Shown in pieces: positions 38,003 through 50,566 of a stretch of 64,000 bases of DNA. The first letter of the stretch is position 1. Each line of letters starts with the position of its first letter. The stretch lies in NCBI RefSeq assembly GCF_036321535.1, contig NC_087437.1, positions 96,846,001 to 96,910,000 on the forward strand, in the 5' to 3' direction. The translations under genes and the position numbers were made by a program. This DNA comes from Camelus dromedarius. Its lineage: Eukaryota. Under the pieces are notes generated by a model. That model ran no database searches. It saw only the letters and a list, made by a program, of their open reading frames with translations, and was not told where the DNA came from.

Positions 38003-38914
38003 TTATCTATCTTCACCTCCGTAAATGGAACACCTAGTAACCATCCCTTCCTAACTTCCTTTTTCCCTCTTAATTGAACCTTACCTATTTTCAAAGCCCA
38101 AATTAATTCCAAGAGTCCTCTATGGGGCCTTTTTTCAGCACTAAATCCATGATTAGATGCCTTCTGTTCAGATTTTATATCAATTACTGCTATGTAGTGC
38201 TAATATTCAGTAAGTTTCCTGAGCACTATTAACTCATGAATTATTACTTAAACCTAGTAAAAAAAAATCAGTATTTTCTTCATCCAAAGGTTTTAATTTT
38301 TTTAATTTAAGAATCTAAATAAGTAAACTAACAAATTAACACGTAGTTTAAAAGTAATGAACAAAACATTCAGTTAAGAGGATAATAGTTTACACTGTAT
38401 ATATATATAATCACTGTAAAAATTGTTTCTTATTGTTTATAAGATTAATTTCTTTTGCTTTTATAAAATTGTGAAAGCACATATAGTTGAATTTTTCTAG
38501 TAGATTTTAAAAGGTATTTTCAAGTTTTTGGCTTACAAGAATTCTGTAAACAATCACAACAAATCTAAACACATTTGATATATTTGACAATTTGGATAGC
38601 CTCAAGAATTTGAAGAATGGAATGCTTTGATCAATGAAGAGATTACATGTATTTACATATATATACATATTTTCTCATTCAGGAGGGTGATATAATAAAC
38701 AATGTAAACTGAATTAAGTCTAGATAAATTCCATAAGAAAATAACCAGTAGGTGTTCGGATGTCTGTACTATCAAGAAAACAATAGGGAACGATGATGCT
38801 ACCTTTGGAGACTTAAATCTAGCCAGAGCAAGAACATAGTAGGTACTTTCAATTAACTGAAAGAGGTAGACTTGAAAATTATGTTTCCTTTAGAGTGGAT
38901 GTGTCTGTGTGTGT

Positions 38915-39168
38915 ATTTTCTTTTCTTTAATGTTTTTTGTTTTTTTGTGTATATATCTATTTTTATTGAAGTATAGTCAGTTTACAATGTTATGTCAATT
39001 TTCTGGTGTACAGCCTAATGCTTCAGTCATACATGAACATACATATATTTGTTTTCATATTCTTTTTCACCATAAGTTACTACAAGAAATTGAATATAGT
39101 TCCTTGTGCTATACAGTATGAAATTTTTTTTAATTTATTTTATATATATTAGTTAGTATCTGCAAATC
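38915..39168 (-). mobile_element. Short 3' end of the young L1 family
   Basis: Closely similar to 1520-1722 (cagtttacaatgtt...caccataagttactacaaga...gtgctatacagtatgaa...gttagtatctgcaaatc), with a degenerate T-rich tail. Confidence 0.9.
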
Positions 39169-39699
39169 AACTGTGCAACAGAAAGAGGAGGAAAGGGAAG
39201 GAGGGAGGGGAGGGGAAAATAAGGGAGAGGAAGAAATGGATAGGGGATAAGAAAACAGGACAGTGAGTATTTGGAGGTTTTTATGTGCAGTTGTAGAATA
39301 CAGATAAATTTCTTATAGAGTTCACTTTGGTATATTCCCACTAGCATGTCAAAGTATAGTTGACATCTCTATTAAATATATCCATATAATATCGAAGTCT
39401 GTATGAAAAGTATAGACTTTTTTATATCCTCATGTTTCCATATGACATTATGTCTTCTAAATGGTTTATTTCTTCATAATTCCCAGAAAAAACACCATCA
39501 AACTTTAATATCTCTCAAAATGTTGCACATTTGCTAAAATATCTGACACCTGGTGGTAATCATATATTACTACATACTAATCAATTTTTTTGAAGGGGGA
39601 GTGACACATGGGTGTTCCCATAACCTTTCCTACCTCTTTCACAGTGAGCAAAAGAGGATGGTAAAGGAAATTATTTTGTTGACATATTTGCCATCTGCA

Positions 39700-39880
39700 G
39701 ACTATATATTCAGACCTAATAAGGATTTGAAACCCACCACCTTCATTCTGTAAATGAGGAACTGAAATGTCAAGAGGTAAATTCCCTTGTTCAAGGTCCC
39801 ATACCTTGTAAGAGTTAAAAGGTCCTAATGTCATTTCTGCACTTCTTGACTTGAAACTGAGTTTGGCTAAGACACTTGCA
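39700..39880 (-). mobile_element. MIR SINE
   Basis: cattctgtaaatgaggaactgaa...ttgttcaaggtcccatac. Confidence 0.6.
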
Positions 39881-41939
39881 TTTACCCTCTCCTGTCACGC
39901 TGGATTTCAGAAGCATGTGCTTTCTCCCCAAAATTGAATCTTTGCCTATCTCTTGGTTCTCACTGTGTCTGAATTTGTTTGGGTCTAAGATAAATTTTTA
40001 AAAACTACTGCTTTGACCATGTTTTCCCTCAAATGAAGGACAACCAATTTTTAGTTCTGAAACCTGTCCTTATGCTAGACTTATAGGTACACTCTATCTT
40101 CACCTTAACTATAAAATGCCCTCTAATGTTAATCTCAAACAAGGATGTGTCTCTCAGGCAGACTTCCTTGTTCTTTGTCGCCTACCTGTCCCAAGCTCCC
40201 CCAATCCCCGACACGCTCACACCTGGTGAATGTTTTCCAAAACCATTTGTACTTGCTTATCTTGTTTTCTTTACCTTGAATGGATTTTAGTGCCTTTTTC
40301 TACTTATCCAAATTGTACCAACCTTAGAGAATCACCTCAATTCCCAACTGTTTCTAGAAGCCTATTCGAATACTTCTAGTCAACAAAGATACTTCCCTTT
40401 CTTCAGGGAGCATTTATTCTGTATCATGATTCTATTCTCCATTGCAATTTACAGGGCATTAAATGGTGTCATTCCTCAATTGTTTTACATATTTAGGTAC
40501 TGTCTCCACAAAGTTGTTAGTTTCTTGAGGGCACAGACAAAGGCTTGTATAAATTCTGTAATCCTTGTCATTAATAAGTGTGCTATAACTTCATATTGAT
40601 TTTAACAGAGAGCAGGAAATAGTCTGGCGTAGTACCCAACAGTCCTCAAACTCTATGCTTATTTAGAGATACATTAAATTGAAAATTAGTTCAATAAGCT
40701 TTCCCTTCTTTGGATATAGCATGGAAGTACTTTAATTAAATCATTGATTTGTGTTAAATTTCTTCACAGTCTTATGTAGAACACTGCAGAGTGAAAGCAT
40801 TAAATGAAGTCAAAGTTATTAATTAATCTTACTGGTGGTCATTTTACTTGTCTTCCCAACATTCATTTTATCCATTTCACCCTTCCCCCATGGATAGCAA
40901 TCCTGTAATTTGAAAGAGATTGATTTCTCCCTTCTCTTTCTATTTCATGGATTGCTTTGACTGGTCTAAACAATAAGTATTCTTTCCTATTCTGGTAAAT
41001 TCCAGTAATCGTGGCCTTAAGACAGTGAGCACATGGTATTCCCCTAGCCACAAAGTTGGTTCTGAGCTGACCCATTCAGCACAAATTTTAGCTAATTTTG
41101 CCAACACAAATCCATTTCTTAGGTACATGGTCCGAAAAGTCTTCTAAAAAGTTTAAGGAAATTTCTGTTGGAATTTCTATTAAATATATTTCAAAGCATT
41201 CTGACAACAGTTCTTGTTTGTGATGCTTTAAGAGAATAATTTGAGAAGACAGTAATATGTTTTATTTACAGAAATGTGTGCTAAAAAGGGAAACAAATTA
41301 CTGAAAACAGGAAACAGACATTTATAAATGTGAAACAGGCACAAATGATTGCAATAGTTTGTCACAAGTTGAGTCTTCAGGAAAGGTGGATGTATTTAAT
41401 ATTATAGATAATTTTAAAGAAACTTAAAAACTAGGCCTAATTTTTTTTCACTTTAAAGAAACAGTTCATGTAATGTTATGTCTAAAAATATAACCCTAAA
41501 CGAATTCACACCTTTCTATACTCTAGTAGATTTTTCACAACAATCCATATTGTTTATGTGCTAAGCCTGCCCTGTAGATTTGTTAAAATCAGCAAGTGTG
41601 TTTTCAAAATTCTTTAAATAGATAATTGGACTTATATTACAAAATTATGTATTTTTAATTTGAAATTATTTATTTCATTATATCCCTAAGCATCATGGAG
41701 AGAAAGCTCAAGATTTAAGAAATAAAATGAAACAATAAAACAATCCCCTCCCCCAAGTTCTGACGAACTTTCTAGTATATTTTTGTCCCAGGATAGGATG
41801 CTTCTAGATGTACACCATATCTCTAGGCATTATTTTATCATACCCTGTAGTAACTGGGTGCAAGATCTATTGAAGAAGACTCAAGTGCATTGTAGTGAAT
41901 GTTTGGAAGGTTAATGACTATAAGATAATGTAAGTAAGT

Positions 41940-43450
41940 CTAGTTAGGGTATGCCATGGTGAGATTTTTTGTTTTTACCTGTAGTTTTGAAGTATGAATA
42001 GAATAAATAAGTGGAAAAAGGAAACAGCAAGAGTAAGTCATGATGGAGAGAAATTTCGTGAAAATTCTTGGACAGCCTGAGGTACTTAGGATATGGTGAA
42101 GTTCAGATTGTAGAAAATGCTAAAAATATTTCATTTTCTTATGTAAACAGTATAAAGCAAAAATTGTTTTTTGAGTAGAACATTTTATTAGATTCTGCTA
42201 CAAAGAAGATATCCTGTTGGAGTTATGAAAGCTGGATTAGAAAAGAAAAAAAAACAACCAATAACTTGAAAAGGGAGAATCTTCTGCAAAGGAATTAGAA
42301 CAATATCAGTAAAAGTTGAATCCAGGGAACACGTGTAACGTGTAACATATTTCTGAGGTAACACTGATGGGAAGTGATAGAGGCTAGTAAGTTGTGAGAA
42401 TGAGGGAACAAATGAGTATTACAGTGATCAAGGTCCATAAATATGCAAATATTTCTTGTAATCATCAAGAAAGTGAATATAGTTGGTCCTCTGTTTATCC
42501 CTGAGTTCTGCATCCTTAGATTCAACTAACAACTGATAGAAAATATTTTTTAAAAATTCCAAAAATTTTAAAAAGAACTTAAATTTGCCATGCACCCACA
42601 ACTATCTGCATAGCATTTATAGTATAGTCACAACTACTTACATGACATTTGCACTGCATTAGGTATTATAACTAATCTAGAGATGATTTAAAGTGTATGG
42701 GAAGATGTGTGTAGTAGATCATGTTATTTTATATAAGGGGCTTGAGCACCTGTAGATTTTGTATCCATGAGAGTCTCAGAACCTATCACCCATAGATGCC
42801 AAGGGATGGTTGTACTGAAGGAAGAACATGCATAAGAAAACAGATTGAGTTGTATATGTTCTGGAAAGTGTTTTTTGGGAACCACAGAAAAAATCTGGGC
42901 TGAGACTTCAGACAAGAGAGGCCAGGAATGAAGAAGTATCTGTTAAAGTTCCTCATTATACTTGAAAAGAAAAAATGACTGGGGATGGTTCCTTAGAAAA
43001 CATAGTATCTAAAGGTGGTGGAGGGTAAAGAATCTGAGAAGGAGCCAAGACAGGAATTCCATGTAGGAGGAGAATGAGGAAAAAGAACAGGGAGAGTCAT
43101 GCAGAGGAGCCTGTAGAAAGAAGAGAGATGCCATTAAATGTTGCATGAAGATCAACTAAGATAAAGTCTGAAAAGACTCTACTGGGTTTAGCAATTACTA
43201 ATGTTTTTGAGAGGACCTGCTTGAGCACTGTAGTGAGAGGAAAAAAGATGAGAGTTGGCTGCCTATAAAATGTGAAGAAGATGAAACTGCAAATACAGAC
43301 TACAGGAATTTTGAAGGTTAGAGGAAGAAAACAAAGGGTAGGTGATTTGAGAAGGCAGAATTAAGACATGGTCTTTTACCAGGAGTGGAAGGAATCAGGC
43401 TATTTGTGGGTGAAGTAGAAATAGAAAGAGAGGATGCTGAACTGTGGAAT
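41940..43450 (-). mobile_element. Fragmented L2 LINE interrupted by MER2
   Basis: Purine-rich L2 antisense motifs, e.g. taaatgttgcatgaagatcaactaagataaagtctgaaaagactctactgggtttagcaat. Confidence 0.55.
42480..42812. mobile_element. MER2-like TcMar-Tigger MITE
   Basis: TA TSD (42478-79, 42813-14); TIR-like tagttggtcctctg / aagggatggttg; internal ttaggtattataactaatctagagatgatttaaagt. Confidence 0.9.
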
Positions 43451-44149
43451 GTATTTAAGGGCAAAAAAAATATTTTTGAATATAGCCCAGAAAAACACGA
43501 AAGGAAGAGGCTCAAGGGCAATGAATTGTAAAAAAAAATGAAAAGATAATTTTTTTTCTCTATGAGAAGACGTATAAAAAGTTCTATATTTTCAGAGGGA
43601 TGGAAAGCTTTATTGAAAAGCTGTTGGACTACACAAGAATCATGAGCAACACAGGGCATAAGGGATGATAAGAATATCAAGGTGATCAGATGTACTTAGA
43701 TATATTTTATGTCAGATATACGGAAACAGATGTCCTCATGACATGGATTTTTACTGTGAAAGTAAATATTTTATGATGTTTAAAAGAGTTGAGAAAATTA
43801 TTACCTAATAATGGGAGAGTGCTTCTAAGAACCTAATTTATGACTGAACTTTCAAACATGTCTCCTGAGTTTCACTAATGCTCACCTTATGCTCTACTCA
43901 TTTTTGCTCACTAGTAAGTTTTCTGGAGTTCTCTTTCCTTACTGTACAGTAAGCATTAATTTTGTGCTAAGCGTAAATAAAAAATAATTACATCATGTAT
44001 AGTTACATATATACTGCCTATATGGGAAAGTAATATGAATTAAATATTAAACTAATTAAATTAATTAAAATGATATATCAATTCAATGTTTATATATTTC
44101 ATGTTTATAATATAAATAATAATTTATAAATAAAATAAAATAAAAATAG

Positions 44150-44345
44150 AAATCTTTTGTTGAGCATCTACCATGTGCCAGCCTTGTACTAAATAGGGAC
44201 CTTTGATATTATTTCATTTAGTCCTCATAGTGAAGTAGAAACTGAGACTCACAGAGGTTCACCAATTTATCCAAAGGTACAAAGCAAGGCCAAGACATGA
44301 ACTCAGGTTTCTCAATATTGCATGCAGGATGTTGCTTTAAATACA
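44150..44345 (-). mobile_element. MIR SINE
   Basis: tgttgagcatctaccatgtgccag...agaaactgagactcacagaggtt. Confidence 0.8.
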
Positions 44346-44809
44346 GTCTGTGACCATGTCTAACGACATAATTTTATTTCTAGATCTGTGGTGGAGTTAG
44401 AGAACACTTGATTCTTATCTTCTGCCTACAATTCTTGAGGTTAAGATCTTTTACTCACGTTTATTACTAATTTTTCCAATAAACAAGTCTAATTTCTTAA
44501 TGGTTCTCCATCTTTTACCTCTTTTCTGCTTGGTTGGTGCTGTCACTTTCTCATCTTTCAGTAATCTGGGAGGTCGTCAAATCACAGCAGTTTTAACTTC
44601 AAAAGGCTAACCATAATGATGTTTTTCCTAAGCTCCCATGTCATGAGTTAGGGAGTGAGTTTGTAGGTAAGACCAACAGAAAAATAATCTGAAGTATTAT
44701 GAAATAGTGTAATAATCAATTTGGAGGAAATTACTGAAAGACTTTTTCTGCAGAGTAAGCACCCTAGTCAGGGAGAATCCTTAAGCTGAATTGTGAAAAT
44801 GGTTTTATG

Positions 44810-44970
44810 ATAAAACTACTGGACTGTGAGTCTGAACACCAAGAAATTACTTGTGACTGTTCCAGGAAATGTGACCTTGGCAAGCTTCTTAAATGTTCTG
44901 TGCTGCTGTTTCCTCAAATATAGAAGAAAGTATTCATTAAACAATCTTTCAGATCCCACATAGTCAATAA
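44810..44970 (+). mobile_element. MIR/MIR3-type SINE
   Basis: ctggactgtgagtctgaa...tgtgaccttggcaag...gtttcctcaaatatag. Confidence 0.6.
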
Positions 44971-47007
44971 AGCTGTTGGATCAGACTCTACTTAAGAACA
45001 TCTTGGGAGTAGAGCTTTCCTTAAACTAATGGGTTATGGAAAGAAAACAAACAAATCACTTTCTTTTGGCCTTTTACATATAGACTGTCATCTCAAATAG
45101 CAAGCGATCAGAAGCCAGAAGGAAAAAGCAAAGACTAGATGTATCCATCCATTCATTCCTGATGTACTATAAAAATCCAAAATGCCCGTCTGAACTCAGT
45201 CAATTGTGTTAAGTCCAAAAGGACTTTTGTTTTCCTAAGAGAAGTTAAAATTAAAATCACACCAAATGCCTCAGGAGTGAATGCTGCTGTTCAGGTATCT
45301 TAGTTCAAATCTCTTGTGATTTACTGTCACAAAAATTTCTGAATGATTCCAAAGCAGCCCTACCTAACAAACAAAAGAGAAGCAATAACCGTATATTGTC
45401 ACATATTACAAGTTAATGTGGAGCATTTTCCAGTGCTGCCCTCTCCGAAGGTTCCAAGACACAAACATCAGGCTGAGTGTATTTAAACAAGCAGTGTTTG
45501 AATTCATTCCAGCCTCTCCATTTACAGCAATTTAAGACTATTTGTATTCAGGAAACAAAATAACAAGGGACAGCTGTTTCTCCACTTTGCTCTTACTTCT
45601 AGGCTATTTGAAAACACTTTGACAAGTTAAAGATGTAAAGGAGCATCATCTTTATAATTTAGGGTATGAGGAAGTCAGGTAAAATTATGGAGACTAGCAT
45701 AAAATCAATAGTTTCCTTTTTAAACCAATTTTACTAACAGAGAGCTAGCTTATATTTTGGAATACAGGCAATATGCTAGGTATTTAATGTGTCATATATC
45801 TTCAGTCTTAAGAGATTCAAGAATGAGCCTATACAAAAGCAGGACTTTACTCACGGGTGGTCCTCCATATATCCAGCCCTGTGAAGCATGCCCGTATGAC
45901 TCTGGGTCTACCATTCAAGCTGAAGACCATAGCTGGTGTGCATGGGAATTACCTCCACCTTCACCATCAGCATTTCACAGTATAAAGATGGATGACATAA
46001 TAATAAATTACTTTATCCTCTGATTACCTGAAGGAAATCTGGTATGACTACTACAATCATATCACTGAACCGGCAGACACAGCGTTGCACCCACAACCTT
46101 AAACCGTCTTCATTGTTATTCAACCAAACAACAAAAGGATGATATATGAGGGCCTAGGGTGTGCCTTACACTATTCTACCTCCATGGAGAATTGTAATGC
46201 CATGCTTGAAGTATTCAAATTTCTAAAGCTGGCTGGGCTACACAGAGCCTGAAATTTTCACAGATGATCATAGCCTATTGGAAATCTACCTTTCAGAACT
46301 CTGCGTATGAAGAAATTAGTTTGGAATCAAACTCTAAATTGCTACTTCAAAATGTGACACTATTACAGCTACTTAAGAGAAAAAACACAAACTCGCTGAT
46401 TGAATGTGCCTAAAAGAACGCTTCTGATTTAAAGAAATCTCATCAACAGATTTTTCCTGCTTCCTAGGATATGTGACAGTTGTTTCTTTTCCTCAGATAC
46501 CTCATGTGAATATTAACAAAAGAACAGTATGCACAGGAGAAATGCTGTTTTTGTAAACTCAACAGAACGAATGTTAACAGTTTTAGGGATATGTTACAAT
46601 GAGGGATGCGGGTAGTCCATATGCATATGATTATTTTTAGTTAAGTAAATTACCTTCCAAAGCAGCCAGATGGCTCTAGGAACACATCTTCAGCTTTGGT
46701 TTTCGTTTTCTCACCACTCACACTGATAATGACAGGGTCACTGAGGAGATGGTCACAAGAAATCCTACGGAACAGACATTCCCTTGTGTGAAAACAGCTA
46801 AGATTATATGCAGTTGGACTTCATATAGTTATTATCGTTTAGCCAATTGACACAATTTTCCTTCATGGTTCAGGGGTGAGGAATTTGTTGAGGGCCATTA
46901 TAGCACTGGAAGAAACATGCGGGGAAATTTGCAAACTGAATTTTATTCATAAATTGCAAGTAACTTTAGTGTTTTATTTTTTGAGTTTCTTTCTGTTTGT
47001 TTACATT

Positions 47008-47390
47008 GCCTCTGCACAGCAAAGGAAACTATTATCAAAATGAAAAGGAAACCTACTCACTGGGATAAAATTCATGCAAGTCATATATCCAATAAGGGGT
47101 TAATGTCCAAAATATATAAAAAACTCATATAACTCAACAACAAAAAAACAAATAATCTGATTAAAAAATGGGCAGAGGATCTGAATGGACATTTCTCCAA
47201 AGAAAACATACAGATAGCCAAAAGACAAATGAGAAGACGCTTAATATTACTGATTGTTAGAGAAATGAAAATCAAAACCACGATGAGAAGTCACCTCACA
47301 CCTGTTAGAATAGCTGTTATAGAAAAAATATGAAGTAGCAAACGTTGGAGATAATGTGGAAAGAAGGGAATCCTCTGACACTGTTGGTGG
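47008..47390 (+). mobile_element. LINE-1 ORF2 internal fragment without 3' UTR
   Basis: tctgcacagcaaaggaaact...aaaaaatgggcagaggatctgaatggacatttctccaaagaa...cacctcacacctgttagaat...acactgttggtgg. ORF 47081-47281(-) is its antisense. Confidence 0.92.
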
Positions 47391-47472
47391 ACTGTGGCAT
47401 TTTCCCTCATTCAGTTCTAAAATAAGGAACTTTATTGTGATAAAACAACAAGGAAATGATATAACAATTTCA

Positions 47473-48165
47473 TGTCATGTCCACTGTGCCAGCAACAATT
47501 TATTGTCTTCCAGCTCAAATCCACCTTTGCCCTATGTCATAACACCTCAGCTGGATCTTATAAACACATCTCCTTTATCAGCTTGGAGGACAGTCAGCCT
47601 TTGTGGTCGAAGGTGTTGGAGGGGGGATCCTATTTAAGGAAGGAAGAGTTCTCGTCACGCTTCAGGTATAGTTTGTTATTCTTTATCCTTCCTTGCACAT
47701 GAGTACCAGTGGAGTGGAAGGCATCTTAGTACTATGCATATTCCAGCTAGTTTCACAGGCACTCCCAAGGGAAGCTGCCTAGTGAGTTCTGTGAGTTCTT
47801 GGTTAGGTTCATTTCCTCATAAATGTTAGTAGGAGCTGGGCAGATCATTTCATACTAGCTGCCATTGGTGTGCAACACCTCAGCAAACTCTGCCATCCAG
47901 TGGTTACTGCCATATCCTCTTCAACAAAGTCTGAATCTCTGCATTGGGGGAGAAGGTGGGAAATCTAAGTTTGTTTCTTCCTCAGATATTCTGCCTCAAC
48001 CTTAGAGATGGTAGCTGCCTCTGTATTTGCTATTTCTGAATTCTTTGGCATTCTCTTTATTCATCAGTGGTCAATATCCTGCTACTAGGTAATAGTAATA
48101 TTAAACTTTCTATGTTCAAACTACTGGTGTGACTTCTGTCTCTTGACTGGACCCTGACAGATATA
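47473..48165 (+). mobile_element. ERVL-type solo LTR (MER73/MER74-like)
   Basis: TG start; 3' end aaactttctatgttcaaactactggtgtgacttctgtctcttgactggaccctgacagatata; TTCA on both flanks. Confidence 0.7.
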
Positions 48166-48287
48166 TTCAATTAGTTAAAATATTCAGGATGGGGGGATAA
48201 GGAAACAAACGGAGCAGCTGAAAGTAATAAAGTTTGGAAAACTATGAAAACACACAAACTGGGGATGTGTGAAAGAGAAGAGACCAG

Positions 48288-48769
48288 TGTGGCAGAGACT
48301 GTTAGCTCTTCCCTAAAATCTGCAGTATTCCTCTTTGATATCCACAGAATTATAGCCAGACACATGACTGCCCAGCTGGTCTACATTTACTGCTACCTTG
48401 CAGTCATATATGGCCGTCTGACCAAGTCCTTGCTGACAGAGTATGAGTGGAAGTAACACATGCCATATCCTTCTCTGGGACTTGAGAGATCATGCATGTC
48501 TCTACTATGTTCTTTACCTCCTTTTTAGTTGGAACCCAGATATGAGGTAACTCAGCTTTGAACATGCAGATGACATTACCCTAAAGGATGGTAGAAAAAT
48601 AACTCAGAAGGAACCTGGTTCCTGATTGACTGTGAGAAGCAGAGATGTCCCACAAAACTGGACTACTCACCTCTCATCTGTCTCAGAAAATGAAGCAAAC
48701 TTGTGGTTTTAAGCCACTATAATTTAGGTTTTCTTTGTTATAGCAGCTTTGTTTTATCCTAACATAACT
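48288..48769 (+). mobile_element. MaLR solo LTR (MLT1I/J-like)
   Basis: tgtggcagagactg start; agaaggaacctggttcctg; ttaagccact...ttgttatagcagc...tcctaac end. Confidence 0.75.
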
Positions 48770-49339
48770 TTCAATCAGGGAAGTCACTATTGTTCTTGTG
48801 TCTTATGTCTCTAACCAGCCTAGATTTTATTATCAAGTTATACTTGTTCATAAATATTAAACTATCATTCCTCAATTTCCATATTGAAATGTTGGCTCCA
48901 TCCAAAAAAAAAAAAAATTTCCAGTCTCTAGAACATGGTCTTGGTCTTCTCTGACATTCTATAAGCCTGGAATATTTTTATTCTTTCTATTGCTCTAATT
49001 TCTACTACCTCCCACCCTCCAGAACTAGCTCATCTCATCCATAATTTTTTTTTGACCAGATTAACTCAAAGTAAACCCTATTTTTAATAACTATGAATTC
49101 AATGATCTTCTGAATAAGTCACAAGGCCAAGTAACAATTCTGAAATTAAATTCCTCCTGTCTAGAACACTTCAGATGTGCTTTTATTTTTATAATAGAAT
49201 CTTTCTTGTATTTTAATCATATCAAATAAATTATAAATTCTTTGAAAATAGAGCATCTTTGTCACTTTCATTAAGTCTAACCCAATGCCCTAAACAAAGG
49301 AACTATTAAAAAGCTTACTGTTTTAAATTTTATTCTGAC

Positions 49340-49575
49340 CTAAAAGGAACCAGCATTCTGTGGAGAAATGGATTCATTGTGTGGGTCAAGAAATATAAAA
49401 AAATGAGACTGGTTTGTTGTCCTACCAGAAAGCAAGAAAGCCATCAAATATTACTAGCAATATATCAAAAGAAACCAATCTGAAGAGGCTCCTAGTCATC
49501 AAAAATAAGACAATTTAAGCCTCAATATATATAATTTGCAATGGATAGATGCACACATATAGTATGTTTATTCTC
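49340..49575 (+). mobile_element. L1MC-like 3' UTR fragment
   Basis: aaaggaacca...ggagaaatgg...ccagaaagcaagaaagc...tgaagaggctcct...gacaatttaagc. Confidence 0.65.
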
Positions 49576-50328
49576 TCCCTAGTTTATGGATAAAGACATT
49601 GGAGACAGGCACAGAAAAGTAATTTGCAATTTGTCCAAGTTTTTGCAGGTTGTACGTTCTGACTTAACCATCATTCTCCATAATTTCATAGGTTTAGTGC
49701 AGCACTATAAGAATAAACATCTTTTTGTGCCTATTGTAAGGAGTTAATATCACTCCTACTTTGGGGTTGGGTGGGAATCAAGAAAAGACAAAGAAATACA
49801 GAATTAAAAGAAGTAAAGAAGAACTGAGGTTAAGATAAGAAATCTGCATCCTATCTTCTTAATCTTTAGGGGCCCATGGATATTTTTAGGGGTTCCTTCT
49901 TTTCACCTTTTAACCTATATTCATTTATGTTTTCTTTAACTCATATTCTACCACACTTTTTATCTTTACATAACACACATTGTTCTATTCTTATACTATT
50001 TATAATGTTTCATCAATGAAAATAATCATTCATAAAAAGGGTTTATTTTTGTAAATTGGGGATAATACATATGAAGAGTAAGTGAGTTGAGACATATGAA
50101 ATGCATGGAACACTGCCTAGAAATAATAAGTACTCGATAAATGTTAGATATTATTATTGTTGTTGTTACTATTTCCTATTTTGTATTCCACGTGTCAGTA
50201 GCACATGAACTAAAAAATGGAACAAGAAGTTCAGTGTTATATTAAGAAAATGAAAGTTTACGACTTAAAACTAGAGCTCTATCGCTTAAGAATTCAAAAA
50301 ATGTTTCCCCTTCTATTATTATTTTCTG

Positions 50329-50566
50329 CAGCTGCATACGAAAAAGGATAGGACTATGGGAGTGGTTGACCCTGGCAGAGGGGAATATTTTATCACTGAC
50401 ATTGTTTAGAATTGCCTGTGCATTTTTATAGTTAAGACGCTAACCAACTTTGAGTCAGTTTTATTACTGTCTTAAATCTATATCCCACCCCATCTATGAA
50501 GTACCCAATATTGAAGGCACCTGGGGCAGAACACTCCTACTGTCCCTACACCTTGCAATGCCACTG
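50329..50566. mobile_element. hAT (Tip100-like) MITE
   Basis: Termini cagctgcatac / gcaatgccactg; 8-bp TSD attttctg (50321-28) vs atttcctg (50567-74). Confidence 0.75.
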
